NCBI GenBank assembly: GCA_964497565.1
Contig: CAZCCP010000006.1
Coordinates: 1,449 to 65,448 of the forward strand
DNA length: 64,000 bases
Reading direction: 5' to 3'
From: an uncultured Candidatus Saccharibacteria bacterium
Lineage (GTDB): Bacteria; Patescibacteriota; Saccharimonadia; Saccharimonadales; UBA4665
The notes under the pieces are model-generated. The model worked only from the letters and a program-made list of their open reading frames with translations. It was not told the DNA's origin and ran no database searches. The position numbers and the translations under genes are program-made. Below are positions 26,916 through 35,732 of this stretch, in pieces (positions within the stretch are counted from its first letter, which is position 1; the number at the start of each line of letters is the position of its first letter).

Positions 26916-27581
26916 TACGTAAGCCTCCAAAAATTCAACATATATATAGCCGGGGAAACAACACCACCCGGACGGGTGGTGGATTTTTCAACATTAATAA
27001 ACTGGTTCGCGGCGACACACAAGTCACCACGTGCACTGTCGTCGTGCACAAAGTCTGAAGTTACTGCCAATTTTGGCAAACGTGTTACAACCAGTTCTGT
27101 ATTCTTGCTTTTCACTCTCATTTACCACGGTGTCACCGTGATACTCCACTTATATAAACAAAAAACGACACCAGCGATTTGATTCGCTAGGTGCCGCTAT
27201 AGTTTACTAATCTGCGATCTGACTAATTTCAGATACTGTTAGGTATAATACTACGAAAAGGTGTAATTGTCAATGATGATTTTTGCACAATACCCGTCTG
27301 GTGATATACGCATGTGATGTGTATGTACGATTTTATATCTGTTTTAGCTGTTTATACACCATAACGGCTATATATTTATATTAGAAATTGCTTAACTATG
27401 ATACATTAGCTATACGCCATGCCATGTATGGTGTAAATAAGTCAATACTGCGTTCGTATCTGTTAATCGTGACATAAACGCATGTTTTGATGAGTGCCAC
27501 AGCAGTATACCTTGCTATGCACTAGCGTAATATGCTACTACTTACAGTAGTTAGTTCTAACTAGAAAGCTCATAGGAATCA

Positions 27582-27971
27582 ATGTCACCAACCAGTTTTA
27601 AGGCAGCAGTCATCGAGGACGACCCAGACTTGCAGTTCATCTACAAGCTGAAACTGGAACGTGAAGGTTTTATGGTCAAAACCGCCGCTAACGGTGAAGA
27701 AGGCCTCGAGATTGCCCAACAATTTCAACCACATATCATTTTACTGGACCTTATGATGCCGGTCATGAATGGCACAGAGATGCTCACGCGTCTCCGTGCC
27801 CAAACATGGGGTACAGAGGTTCGTGTTGTCGTGTTAACCAATATTAGTAAGGATGAAGCGCCGCAAGCGCTTCGTTTTTTACACGTGGACCGTTACATCG
27901 TAAAGGCGCACCACACACCGGCCCAAGTTATCGAAATAGTACGCGAGATACTTGGCAAACCATCGTACTGA
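27582..27971 (+). CDS. Stand-alone response-regulator receiver (REC) protein
   Basis: VIEDD, LLDLMMPVMNG and LTN..K motifs. 129 aa, no output domain. Confidence 0.85.
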   Translation: MSPTSFKAAVIEDDPDLQFIYKLKLEREGFMVKTAANGEEGLEIAQQFQPHIILLDLMMPVMNGTEMLTRLRAQTWGTEVRVVVLTNISKDEAPQALRFLHVDRYIVKAHHTPAQVIEIVREILGKPSY

Positions 27972-28024
27972 TGGTCTCGATAGAGAAAAGTGATACACTT
28001 ATAATTACAGAAAAAGAGGGCAAT

Positions 28025-28396
28025 ATGACTAAAATAGCAATCATCGAAGACGACCAAGCAATCTCTCAGATGTACCGCATCAAATTTGAAGCGGAAGGAT
28101 ACGACGTTGAGACTGCCGAAAATGGCAAGCTCGGCTTTGAGCTTGCTGAGTCGATGCAGCCCAACATTATTCTCTTGGACCTTATGATGCCAGTGATGAA
28201 CGGCGAAGAAATGCTCGCCAAGCTTCGCAAAACAGAATGGGGCAAGGATATGAAGGTGATTATCCTGACCAACCGCGGTGAGCAAGAAATCCCACCAGAG
28301 GTCAAAGAGCTCGGCGTGACAGCTCTCATTCTTAAGGCAGACATGACACCTCGTCAGGTTGCTGAACTTGTCAAAACCAAACTAAGCGAAAAATAA
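28025..28396 (+). CDS. Stand-alone response-regulator receiver (REC) protein
   Basis: IIEDD, LLDLMMPVMNG and LTN..LKAD. ATG at 28025 preceded by AGAGGG. The ORF track starts earlier, at 27971. Confidence 0.85.
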   Translation: MTKIAIIEDDQAISQMYRIKFEAEGYDVETAENGKLGFELAESMQPNIILLDLMMPVMNGEEMLAKLRKTEWGKDMKVIILTNRGEQEIPPEVKELGVTALILKADMTPRQVAELVKTKLSEK

Positions 28397-28407
28397 GGAG
28401 TACGTCT

Positions 28408-29703
28408 GTGCGGGTAGCAATTATTGGGTTTGCTTTGGAAGGTCAATCAGCACTGAGCTATTGGCAAAAACAGGGCGCGGACATCACTATCTGCGATCAG
28501 GACACTTCTAAGGAAATTCCGAACGGCATTAGCAGCCAACTCGGCGAAGGCTATCTTCACGACCTTGGCCGCTTTGACATCGTGATGCGCTCTGCGGGCA
28601 TTAACCCAAACATTATTTTGGCCAAAAACCCAGGCATTGAAAGCAAAATCACCACTGTTATTGACGAGTTTCTGCGCGCCTGCCCTACCAAGAATGTTAT
28701 CGGCATTACCGGCACCAAGGGCAAAGGTACAACCTCTACCCTGACAGCACAAATGCTCGAAGCTGCTGGCAAGGAAGTGTTCTTGGGCGGCAACATTGGC
28801 GTCTCGCCATTTGATTTCATCGACCAGCTTACCCCTGATTCTTGGGTTGTTCTGGAGCTTTCCAGCTTCCAACTCTACGATCTTAAGCACAGCCCGCATA
28901 TTGCACTGTGCTTGATGATTGTTCCAGAACATCTCAACTGGCACAGCGATATGAATGATTATATCCGCGCCAAATCTCAGTTATTTGCGCACCAGACACC
29001 CGATGATACAGCCATTTACTTCGCTGAGAACCCCATCTCGCACCAGATCGCCAGCGCCAGTCCAGGCAAGAAAATTGCCTACTATGCCAAACCGGGTGCA
29101 TATATCGATGGCACTAAGATCGTTATCGATAACCACGAGATCTGTGACGTATCTGAGCTGAAATTACTCGGTAAACACAACTGGCAAAATGTCTGCGCCG
29201 CGGCAACTGCTGTCTGGCAAGTTGTGCAGTCACCAGACGTCATTCGGAAGGTTGCAATTAGCTCTGCCGGATTGCCGCATCGCATCGAATTCGTTCGGGA
29301 GCTCGATGGCGTTAGCTACTATGATGATTCATTCGGCACCACACCAGAAACTGCCATCGTGGCGCTTGAAGCATTCGAACAACCCAAAGTTGTAATTCTC
29401 GGTGGTGGCGTTAAAGGGGTGACCTTTGACCATCTCATCGACGCGGTACTCAAAAATAACGTTCGTCACGTTATTGCCATCGGTACTACCGGCCCAGAAG
29501 TAACCCAAAAATTGCTTGAAAAAGGCTTTACCGATGTAACTGCTGGCGGCCAAACCATGCAAGAAATTGTCGGTGCAGCTCGCAGCTTTGCACAATCTGG
29601 CGACATCGTACTACTTTCGACCGGCTTCTCGAGCTTTGGTCTCTTTAGCGACTACAAAGACCGTGGTAACCAGTTCAAGCAAGTCGTCACCGACCTCCGC
29701 TAG
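28408..29703 (+). CDS. murD: UDP-N-acetylmuramoylalanine--D-glutamate ligase
   Basis: Mur-ligase P-loop GITGTKGKGTTSTL, N-terminal Rossmann-like VAIIGFALEG, and length and architecture typical of MurD. Confidence 0.88.
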   Translation: MRVAIIGFALEGQSALSYWQKQGADITICDQDTSKEIPNGISSQLGEGYLHDLGRFDIVMRSAGINPNIILAKNPGIESKITTVIDEFLRACPTKNVIGITGTKGKGTTSTLTAQMLEAAGKEVFLGGNIGVSPFDFIDQLTPDSWVVLELSSFQLYDLKHSPHIALCLMIVPEHLNWHSDMNDYIRAKSQLFAHQTPDDTAIYFAENPISHQIASASPGKKIAYYAKPGAYIDGTKIVIDNHEICDVSELKLLGKHNWQNVCAAATAVWQVVQSPDVIRKVAISSAGLPHRIEFVRELDGVSYYDDSFGTTPETAIVALEAFEQPKVVILGGGVKGVTFDHLIDAVLKNNVRHVIAIGTTGPEVTQKLLEKGFTDVTAGGQTMQEIVGAARSFAQSGDIVLLSTGFSSFGLFSDYKDRGNQFKQVVTDLR

Positions 29704-30279
29704 CTAGATACCACGTACTATCTTTTTTGGCGGATCCATCTTTTTAAAGGAGTCTACGTAGGTGTCTAGCTCAGACATAGAGATAACATGACCTTTTTTG
29801 GTCGGGAATCTAGAGTCAATGGCTGCATTGCCTTTCGCAAACTTTATCTCGTAGACGCTAATTCTCCCATAGTCAAGCCAGTGGCATAGCCTATAACTCT
29901 GATTAAGTTTAGTGGCCCGTTGGGCACATGTAGGTGTTACGCTATTAATGTCAAAATCCTTCAGGCCTGTCGTCTCGGATTGTCCATTACTGCGATATTC
30001 GCCAACCGAATACACCCAGTCCTCTGTTCGAAAGTTTAATTCTGCGCTTACTGAATAGATCTCATCAGCCTCTTCAAATACGCTGATACGGGAGTCCGTT
30101 ATATGGATTCCTTGAGGTAACTTTTGGGGCATGTAAAACTGGAAGCTCCATTTTGGGTCGGATAACGGATGGTCATATATCCATTTCTTCTGGTGTGATT
30201 TAAAGCCGCACCAAACGCCCAAACAAATTGCTATGATAGCAAACGCCCAAACAAGTATTTGATTTCTCGATTTTATCAT
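29704..30279 (-). CDS. Hypothetical N-terminally anchored protein
   Basis: ORF track 29704..30288. The second ATG (30279, MIKSRNQ) is 9 nt downstream of AGGAG. One TM segment. Confidence 0.65.
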   Translation of the reverse strand: MIKSRNQILVWAFAIIAICLGVWCGFKSHQKKWIYDHPLSDPKWSFQFYMPQKLPQGIHITDSRISVFEEADEIYSVSAELNFRTEDWVYSVGEYRSNGQSETTGLKDFDINSVTPTCAQRATKLNQSYRLCHWLDYGRISVYEIKFAKGNAAIDSRFPTKKGHVISMSELDTYVDSFKKMDPPKKIVRGI

Positions 30280-30499
30280 TGCACTCATCTCCTAAAATTA
30301 AGAAACTATAGCTCATCTTCTGAGCGAACATGCACCAACCATGCTCGCATATTGCCGTAACCGGGCTCTTGCTGCAACCACATCTTGTGTAGCGCAGACC
30401 AGGTCCATCCTCTTTGACTATACGAGACCGCGCGGCTCCCATCTTCACTCCATCCAGAGACTAACGGATATTCTGAGTTATTACTAGCGAAACCTGTCA

Positions 30500-31333
30500 C
30501 TAAATCTGCATGATGATTTGGTCGAGCAACTGCTCGGCTTTTTCGGGCTGTTCGCGCAAGCGAGGCGCAATCGAATGGTCGCAACCCGCAACTTCGATGA
30601 ACTGCTTTCGTCCATCCGGCGCAGCGGCCATAATCATGTCAATAACTTCTTTAGGGATAGGGCTGTAGTAGGGCCGACCATCAATTTCAATGTGGCCAAC
30701 TGAGCCGCCGGCTGGTTTGCCATAAGCTACGGGGTCGAGGCCATCGTATTCACCACAGATCAAAAGTACCTTGCCCGGAAACGAACGTAGCAGTTCAATT
30801 GTGTCATTGTTGCGATAGCTGTATGGCTGGCTGATGACAGATCTGAAGGGTTCGCCAAAATGTTTATCATAACTAGCTGCGTCATAAATACCGGGGTAAA
30901 ACAATATGAGCTTCTCGATGTCGTCGGCGTGTTCCCTTAACAAGTTAAGGGCTGATGTTCCACCCATGCTATACCCAATGACAATCTTCTTGCGATCAGG
31001 GTTGAGATATTCAAAGAAAGCCGCAGCTTCACGTATATTATTGCCAAGCGACGTGTCCTCCGGCGCGACCCCACTCGCCACGCTATGGCCAGAGAGCGTC
31101 ATGCTCAAAACGGAATAGCCCCGGTCGCGCAAACCAAGCGTAAACAGGTCATTCTTGGTGTAGTCGCCTTTGGCGCCGTGCATTGAGATAACCCATGGAG
31201 TTTCATGAGCCTGATTGTAGACAATGCGTGCCTCTGAGCTGTAATCACCGAAATCATGTGTAAGATACTGCGCGTTATCGGGCAGCTCATCAGAGAATAG
31301 TCCCTGTGATTTTGGCTGATCGTACATATCCAT
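30500..31333 (-). CDS. Alpha/beta-fold hydrolase
   Basis: Nucleophile elbow GYSMGG, a later acidic residue (GEYDGLD) and a C-terminal His (CDHS). Confidence 0.8.
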   Translation of the reverse strand: MDMYDQPKSQGLFSDELPDNAQYLTHDFGDYSSEARIVYNQAHETPWVISMHGAKGDYTKNDLFTLGLRDRGYSVLSMTLSGHSVASGVAPEDTSLGNNIREAAAFFEYLNPDRKKIVIGYSMGGTSALNLLREHADDIEKLILFYPGIYDAASYDKHFGEPFRSVISQPYSYRNNDTIELLRSFPGKVLLICGEYDGLDPVAYGKPAGGSVGHIEIDGRPYYSPIPKEVIDMIMAAAPDGRKQFIEVAGCDHSIAPRLREQPEKAEQLLDQIIMQI

Positions 31334-31980
31334 TACTTCCTTTCGAGTACTTTGACGAGTTGGCGAATGACGGCTTGCTCCGGCTGCATAACCTCAGCGC
31401 GACCTTTGGTCATTCCGCGAATCTTTTCTTCAATCCAGTGGTAATGGGTGCAGCCCAGCACAATGACATCGGCACCGCGCTCACACATGGCATTAACTTG
31501 GGCAGCGATATACACGTCGTTTACCTTGTTGTGCTCGATCATGTATGACCATTGGCTGCAGTCTGGTTCAATAATAGTTTTATCGCTCGCATACGTAGTT
31601 TTGAGCCACTGGTAGCGTTCGCTACTAAGAGTTGTGGGTGTCGCACATACTGCAATCACTCCAGTTTTGGTGTGTTCGGCAGCCGGTTTGACCATTGGTT
31701 CGATACCGATCAACGGCACAGGTATAATTTCTCGCAAACGCGCAATCAGTGTCGTCGTCACCGTATTGCAGGCGATAACAATCGCATCGCAGCCATCATG
31801 CACAAGCTTTTGCAAGATAGGCGTTACAAAACCCAGCAAAACTTCGGGCGTTTTGCCGCCATAGGGTACATGCTTGCGATCATTAACGTATATAACCTCG
31901 TGGTCTGGATAGGCACGTTCGATGGCATTCGCTACAGAGAGACCGCCAACACCTGAATCGAAGACTCCGATCTTGGCCAT
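31333..31980 (-). CDS. murI: Glutamate racemase
   Basis: GVFDSGVGGLSV, ACNT and GCTHY catalytic motifs. At 215 aa it is shorter than I would expect for MurI. Confidence 0.85.
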   Translation of the reverse strand: MAKIGVFDSGVGGLSVANAIERAYPDHEVIYVNDRKHVPYGGKTPEVLLGFVTPILQKLVHDGCDAIVIACNTVTTTLIARLREIIPVPLIGIEPMVKPAAEHTKTGVIAVCATPTTLSSERYQWLKTTYASDKTIIEPDCSQWSYMIEHNKVNDVYIAAQVNAMCERGADVIVLGCTHYHWIEEKIRGMTKGRAEVMQPEQAVIRQLVKVLERK

Positions 31981-31988
31981 ACGACAGG

Positions 31989-32813
31989 TTAGGCCTCGAG
32001 CTCTTGTGTTTCGGCTGCCCGCTTGGCGGCGCGAATCACATTGTCGAAGAGAGCGCAGACGGTCAGAGGACCAACGCCACCCTTGGTTGGCGTAATACTA
32101 AGGTCATCACGTTCGTATACTTCAGGGGCAACATCACCAACGGTCTTGCCTTCTTCACCAGCAACGCCAGCGTCAACAACAACTGCGCCTTGCTTTATCA
32201 TGTTTGAGTACAAAATTGCAGGGCTGCCTGTCGCCGTAATAATAATGTCAGCTTCGCTCGTTACAGCCTTAAGGTCTTCGGTCGAACGATCGGCAACAGA
32301 TACGTCAACGCCAGAGGCTTTAAGCATATGCTCCAGGGGTGCCCCCACGAGCTTACCGCGCCCGATGAGCAAGACTTTTTTGCCCCTAAAGTCCACGTTG
32401 TAGCCAGCCAACAGCCACAAAATAGCCATTGGTGTTGCTGGGTCAAACGCTGGCTTTGGACCCAAACCATCGACGTCCTTTTCTGGCGCCACAAGGCTAA
32501 CGATAGCCTCGGTTTCCTCAGGTCGTTCCAGGGGTAGTTGCACGATAATGCCATGTACGCTTGGATCTTCGTTAAGCTGCTGGATCGTTGCTGCTGCCTC
32601 ATCTTGGGCAACGCGATGAACGTCTACATCTACGAGAATATCAGCACCGTAGCGCTGTTTCATGCGCATGTAGACATTAATCACCGGGTGATCAATTGTC
32701 ACGACAATAGCGAGCTTGGGTTGTATGTCCCACGCTTGGCGTAATGCGCGTACCTGAGACGACTGGCGCTCTTCAATATAACTGGCAAGTTCTTTGCCAT
32801 TCAATAATTTCAT
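31989..32813 (-). CDS. folD: Bifunctional methylenetetrahydrofolate dehydrogenase/cyclohydrolase
   Basis: HGIIVQLPLP-like motif, DVDG, GRGKLVGAPL and VVDAGV. Confidence 0.9.
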   Translation of the reverse strand: MKLLNGKELASYIEERQSSQVRALRQAWDIQPKLAIVVTIDHPVINVYMRMKQRYGADILVDVDVHRVAQDEAAATIQQLNEDPSVHGIIVQLPLERPEETEAIVSLVAPEKDVDGLGPKPAFDPATPMAILWLLAGYNVDFRGKKVLLIGRGKLVGAPLEHMLKASGVDVSVADRSTEDLKAVTSEADIIITATGSPAILYSNMIKQGAVVVDAGVAGEEGKTVGDVAPEVYERDDLSITPTKGGVGPLTVCALFDNVIRAAKRAAETQELEA

Positions 32814-32861
32814 GTCACAATTATACCAGATAATCAGATGGTGGGAGATAGCGGAGCGTAA

Positions 32862-33260
32862 ATGTCAGTCGAAACCAATCTTCCGGAGATCGTAGAAGAG
32901 CAATTGCCGGATGAGCTCGATGAGCTTTTAATGCGGGCACGAGGGCTTGCGTGGCACGAAGACGCCAGATGTAGTACCGCCGAAGACAAGTCCGTCTTTT
33001 ACCACGCTGAAGGTGAGCGTGGTGCCGATAAGATCAGCCGCGATGAAGCTGCCAGAGAAATCTGTCGCCTGTGTATCGTACGCTTCGAATGTATCGCCTC
33101 ATCTGTTCAGAACCGCGAAACCTATGGGTTCTGGGGTGTCAGCGAAGATGAACGCTCCATAGCACTTCACCACGCAAAGAATGCCCAGCAGCGCCGACAG
33201 CTAACTGATCATGAAGCAAATCGACTAGCTTACGACCGACTTATTGAGACAATTGAGTAA
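32862..33260 (+). CDS. WhiB-like (Wbl) iron-sulfur transcription factor with an N-terminal extension
   Basis: Four Cys in the Wbl pattern (ARCSTAE ... CRLCIVRFEC), followed by YGFWGVSEDER, a G(V/I)WGG-like turn. Confidence 0.75.
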   Translation: MSVETNLPEIVEEQLPDELDELLMRARGLAWHEDARCSTAEDKSVFYHAEGERGADKISRDEAAREICRLCIVRFECIASSVQNRETYGFWGVSEDERSIALHHAKNAQQRRQLTDHEANRLAYDRLIETIE

Positions 33261-33328
33261 TTTTTGTCACGTGATTGGCTTGCAAAAACAGAGGTAATGG
33301 TGTACTATAGTTCTTGTCTACAGACTGT

Positions 33329-33405
33329 GGGCCACTAGCTCAGCTGGTTAGAGCGTCTGCCTCTTAAGCAGAATGTCCTGGGTTCGAGTCCCAGGTGGCC
33401 CTCCA
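33329..33405 (+). tRNA. tRNA-Lys (anticodon CUU), CCA encoded
   Basis: GGGCCAC-TA-GCTC-AGCTGGTTA-GAGC-G-TCTGC-CTCTTAA-GCAGA-ATGTC-CTGGG-TTCGAGT-CCCAG-GTGGCCC-T-CCA. Confidence 0.9.
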
Positions 33406-33408
33406 AAA

Positions 33409-33444
33409 GAAAACATCCTTCCTCGCCGAAGGATGTTTTCTTTT
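33409..33444 (+). terminator. Intrinsic terminator after tRNA-Lys
   Basis: GAAAACATCCTTC, loop CTCGCC, GAAGGATGTTTTC, then TTTT. Confidence 0.75.
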
Positions 33445-33513
33445 GTTGAGCTAATCTGGGCGAGATGGAGAATGTGAAAGACCGCCAGTGGCGGTTTTTC
33501 TTCGCACAGAGAA

Positions 33514-33577
33514 CGAGTCCCAGGTGGCCCTGCAGAGAGCCAAAAGAAACCATTCTTCCTCGCCGAGGAGTGTTTCT
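33514..33577 (+). repeat. Duplicate of the tRNA-Lys 3' end plus its terminator (att-like scar)
   Basis: CGAGTCCCAGGTGGCCCT (33514-33531) is identical to 33385-33402. It is followed by a diverged copy of the terminator whose stem is preserved through G-U pairs. Confidence 0.7.
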
Positions 33578-33764
33578 AGAGAGTGAATATATATTCTACG
33601 GGTTTATCAAATAGACTGGCAATTTTAAAGGCCAGTGGCAGACTGGGGTCATAGCGTCCAGTTTCGATAGCGTTAACTGTCTGTCGCGACACACCAAGCA
33701 GATCGCCAAGCTCAGCTTGGCTCCATTTTTGCTCCACGCGTAGTTGTCTGACTATATTGGTCAC
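33576..33764 (-). CDS. Small XRE-family helix-turn-helix regulator
   Basis: WSQAELGDLLGVSRQTVNAIETGRYDPSL is a classic Cro/C1 HTH. 62 aa. Confidence 0.85.
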   Translation of the reverse strand: MTNIVRQLRVEQKWSQAELGDLLGVSRQTVNAIETGRYDPSLPLAFKIASLFDKPVEYIFTL

Positions 33765-34192
33765 TAACGAGATCTGTATTCAATCATTTTTTGCAACATC
33801 GTCCACAATACGATACCTCCAATAAACAGTATCTGAAGTATGGGATTGAGGTTTATCTGCTTCAACGCATTCACCATTTCGGCTGTGAATAGTCCGAGTA
33901 AAATCGCCAAAAAAGTGATTGCGGCAGCCTTAAGCTGGACAAGCTGCTGTCGTTCGTCGGCACGGCGGTACGCTAAATATGAAGCGAGCAGTAGTGTTAG
34001 TACGCCAACAAAAGAAATGAGCGCCCAGATGATATCTCTAGCGCTAGGATTGTGAGAATCAACTTGTGGCGCAGAGCCTATCAGCAGAGCTATAAGTAAT
34101 ATCGCCCCGACTGCTATCCCGTCACGCAAATTAGTTTTGCGACGTTTAATTTCATTTGCGCTTTCCGGTAGATTTGTAAGTTTTTTATTCAT
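33764..34192 (-). CDS. Membrane protein co-transcribed with the XRE regulator
   Basis: ORF track, 142 aa with four TM segments. Its stop overlaps the XRE start. Confidence 0.7.
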   Translation of the reverse strand: MNKKLTNLPESANEIKRRKTNLRDGIAVGAILLIALLIGSAPQVDSHNPSARDIIWALISFVGVLTLLLASYLAYRRADERQQLVQLKAAAITFLAILLGLFTAEMVNALKQINLNPILQILFIGGIVLWTMLQKMIEYRSR

Positions 34193-34313
34193 ATTTTGAG
34201 TGTAATTTTTGTCACTACATATGTCAAGTAAACTTTACATTATTATTTTTTATCGGACTCGAATGAGCAAAAATGAGGGGTAAACCCGCTGCCGCATGTG
34301 CGCTCTGTGATGC

Positions 34314-35231
34314 CTATACGGGAACGGGTTTATACTCAATTTGTAGCGGAAGCCAGAAGCCATAGCGACTGGTGTCGTGGACTACGGACTGCGACTGTTC
34401 GCTCAATGGCAAATAAATGCCCGGTTCTGTGTTTGAATCATCGTACGATGCCCACCGGCTTCGTTTTGAGACAAAGGGCGTAACGGAGCGTGGGGTGCCG
34501 ACAATTGTTCGACCATCTTCAGTTACAACTAGGTCATCAAGGCTATGAATAATCGTAACATTGGGTGGTACCTCTCCCATTTGGCTCAACAACAGTGGGC
34601 CACGCTGCAGCCAAAAACCCTTGTATGCAGCCGTATCAGGGAAGCCATCGAAGGCTTTGGCCTTGTCGTCGATAAACGTTAAGGTTTGTGCGGCATATTT
34701 GGCTCGCCCTGGGGTTGCCAGATACATATCGAACGTCCCTGTATCGGATGAGCTCGGTGTGCGCAAACTCATGAGTGCTAAACTCTTATGCGGTGTATCG
34801 GTAAGTACAAAACCCATGGGATAACCGCTAGCTGCTAGCTTTAGCTTTTGCCACTCAAAGTTTGGGCCGTAGGTCATGATGATATGCGGCACATCAGCAT
34901 GCTGCAAGCGACCCAGAAATCGGCGGGCATCAGGGTACAAAATATCACCTTCGGCGTTTGTGAAGCTGTAACACAGGCGATCATAGCCTTCCGTGGTCAA
35001 ACTGTCCTTAAGAAAAGAGAGCGGTTCAAACGTTTTACCGTCGTCCTCAGTAGCTTGGCGCGCAGCATCGATATGCGCTACGTCCACACCTTCGGTCTCG
35101 GCGACGCGATACAAACGCTTCATATACTCAGCGTTATCGCTCAGCATACGATCAAAATCCAGCACCAATACTTCCGGAATAGCGAACTCGGGGGTACTGT
35201 CCCACTCAGGGCTTGTCACCAACGTTTCCAT
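34314..35231 (-). CDS. Hypothetical protein, possibly HAD-superfamily-like
   Basis: LVLDFDRML (DxD-like) and FIDDKAKAF. I favour the ATG at 35231 (METLVTSPEW), which is preceded by TTGCAT, 18 nt, ATAAAT. The ORF track starts at a GTG at 35291. Confidence 0.6.
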   Translation of the reverse strand: METLVTSPEWDSTPEFAIPEVLVLDFDRMLSDNAEYMKRLYRVAETEGVDVAHIDAARQATEDDGKTFEPLSFLKDSLTTEGYDRLCYSFTNAEGDILYPDARRFLGRLQHADVPHIIMTYGPNFEWQKLKLAASGYPMGFVLTDTPHKSLALMSLRTPSSSDTGTFDMYLATPGRAKYAAQTLTFIDDKAKAFDGFPDTAAYKGFWLQRGPLLLSQMGEVPPNVTIIHSLDDLVVTEDGRTIVGTPRSVTPFVSKRSRWASYDDSNTEPGIYLPLSEQSQSVVHDTSRYGFWLPLQIEYKPVPV

Positions 35232-35342
35232 GCCTGTATTTATGCCGCACTGTGCCGAGATATGCAAGTCAATGCTTATTCCCAGCTCCACCAGAACGCC
35301 TTCGACCTAGGTGGAGCTGGTGCTCTATGTCATACTAAAGAC

Positions 35343-35681
35343 ATGACTGAAATCGATGGCTTTTTGCAGCACGTCCCCAAGGCTCAACGCCAGACACTCG
35401 AGCACATTCGCGATATTGTACGTCGTATGGTGCCAGATGCTGAGGAGCGTATTAGCTACGGCATACCCTCATTCAAGTACAAAAACCACTATATGATTGG
35501 GTTTGCTGCGTATAAAGACCATCTGAGCCTCTTTCCCTCTTCTGAGCCTATTGAATTCTTCAAGGATCAGCTCAAAGAGTTTACGACGTCGAAGGGAACC
35601 ATCCAGTTTAGCGTTGATCATCCGCTGCCCGATACGCTCATCGAGGCAATTGTCCAGCATCGTCTTGATGCTATGAAATAA
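35343..35681 (+). CDS. DUF1801/YdhG-like small protein
   Basis: Only the last 112 aa of track ORF 34848..35681 are non-overlapping. MTEIDGFLQHVP...ISYGIPSFKY...GFAAYKDHLSLFP matches my memory of the YdhG-like family. Confidence 0.7.
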   Translation: MTEIDGFLQHVPKAQRQTLEHIRDIVRRMVPDAEERISYGIPSFKYKNHYMIGFAAYKDHLSLFPSSEPIEFFKDQLKEFTTSKGTIQFSVDHPLPDTLIEAIVQHRLDAMK

Positions 35682-35688
35682 CTAAAAA

Positions 35689-35718
35689 AGACCCGAGCTT
35701 GCGAGCTCGGGTCTTTTG
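35689..35718. terminator. Bidirectional terminator
   Basis: AGACCCGAGC, loop TTGCGA, GCTCGGGTCT, then TTTT, with an A-run upstream. Confidence 0.7.
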
Positions 35719-35732
35719 CGAAAACGGTTCTA

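Noticed and set aside
26931-27200. Whether the structured intergenic segment is tmRNA, RNase P RNA, SRP RNA or 6S RNA.
   Set aside because: I could not find the conserved cores I know: the GGGG...TCCACCA ends and a tag ORF for tmRNA, GAGGAAAGTCC for RNase P, or the GGAA/AGCA SRP domain IV motif. It stays only a generic sRNA candidate.
30289-30584. ORFs 30200..30448 and 30306..30584 (minus strand) in and around the 210-bp gap between two minus-strand genes.
   Set aside because: They overlap the start or end of better-supported genes in other frames and lack an RBS. The gap is more likely a promoter/terminator region.
34848-35342. The N-terminal two-thirds of track ORF 34848..35681.
   Set aside because: This part is antisense to the 34314..35231 gene. 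Only the portion from the ATG at 35343 onward matches a recognisable small-protein family (DUF1801-like) and is free of overlap.
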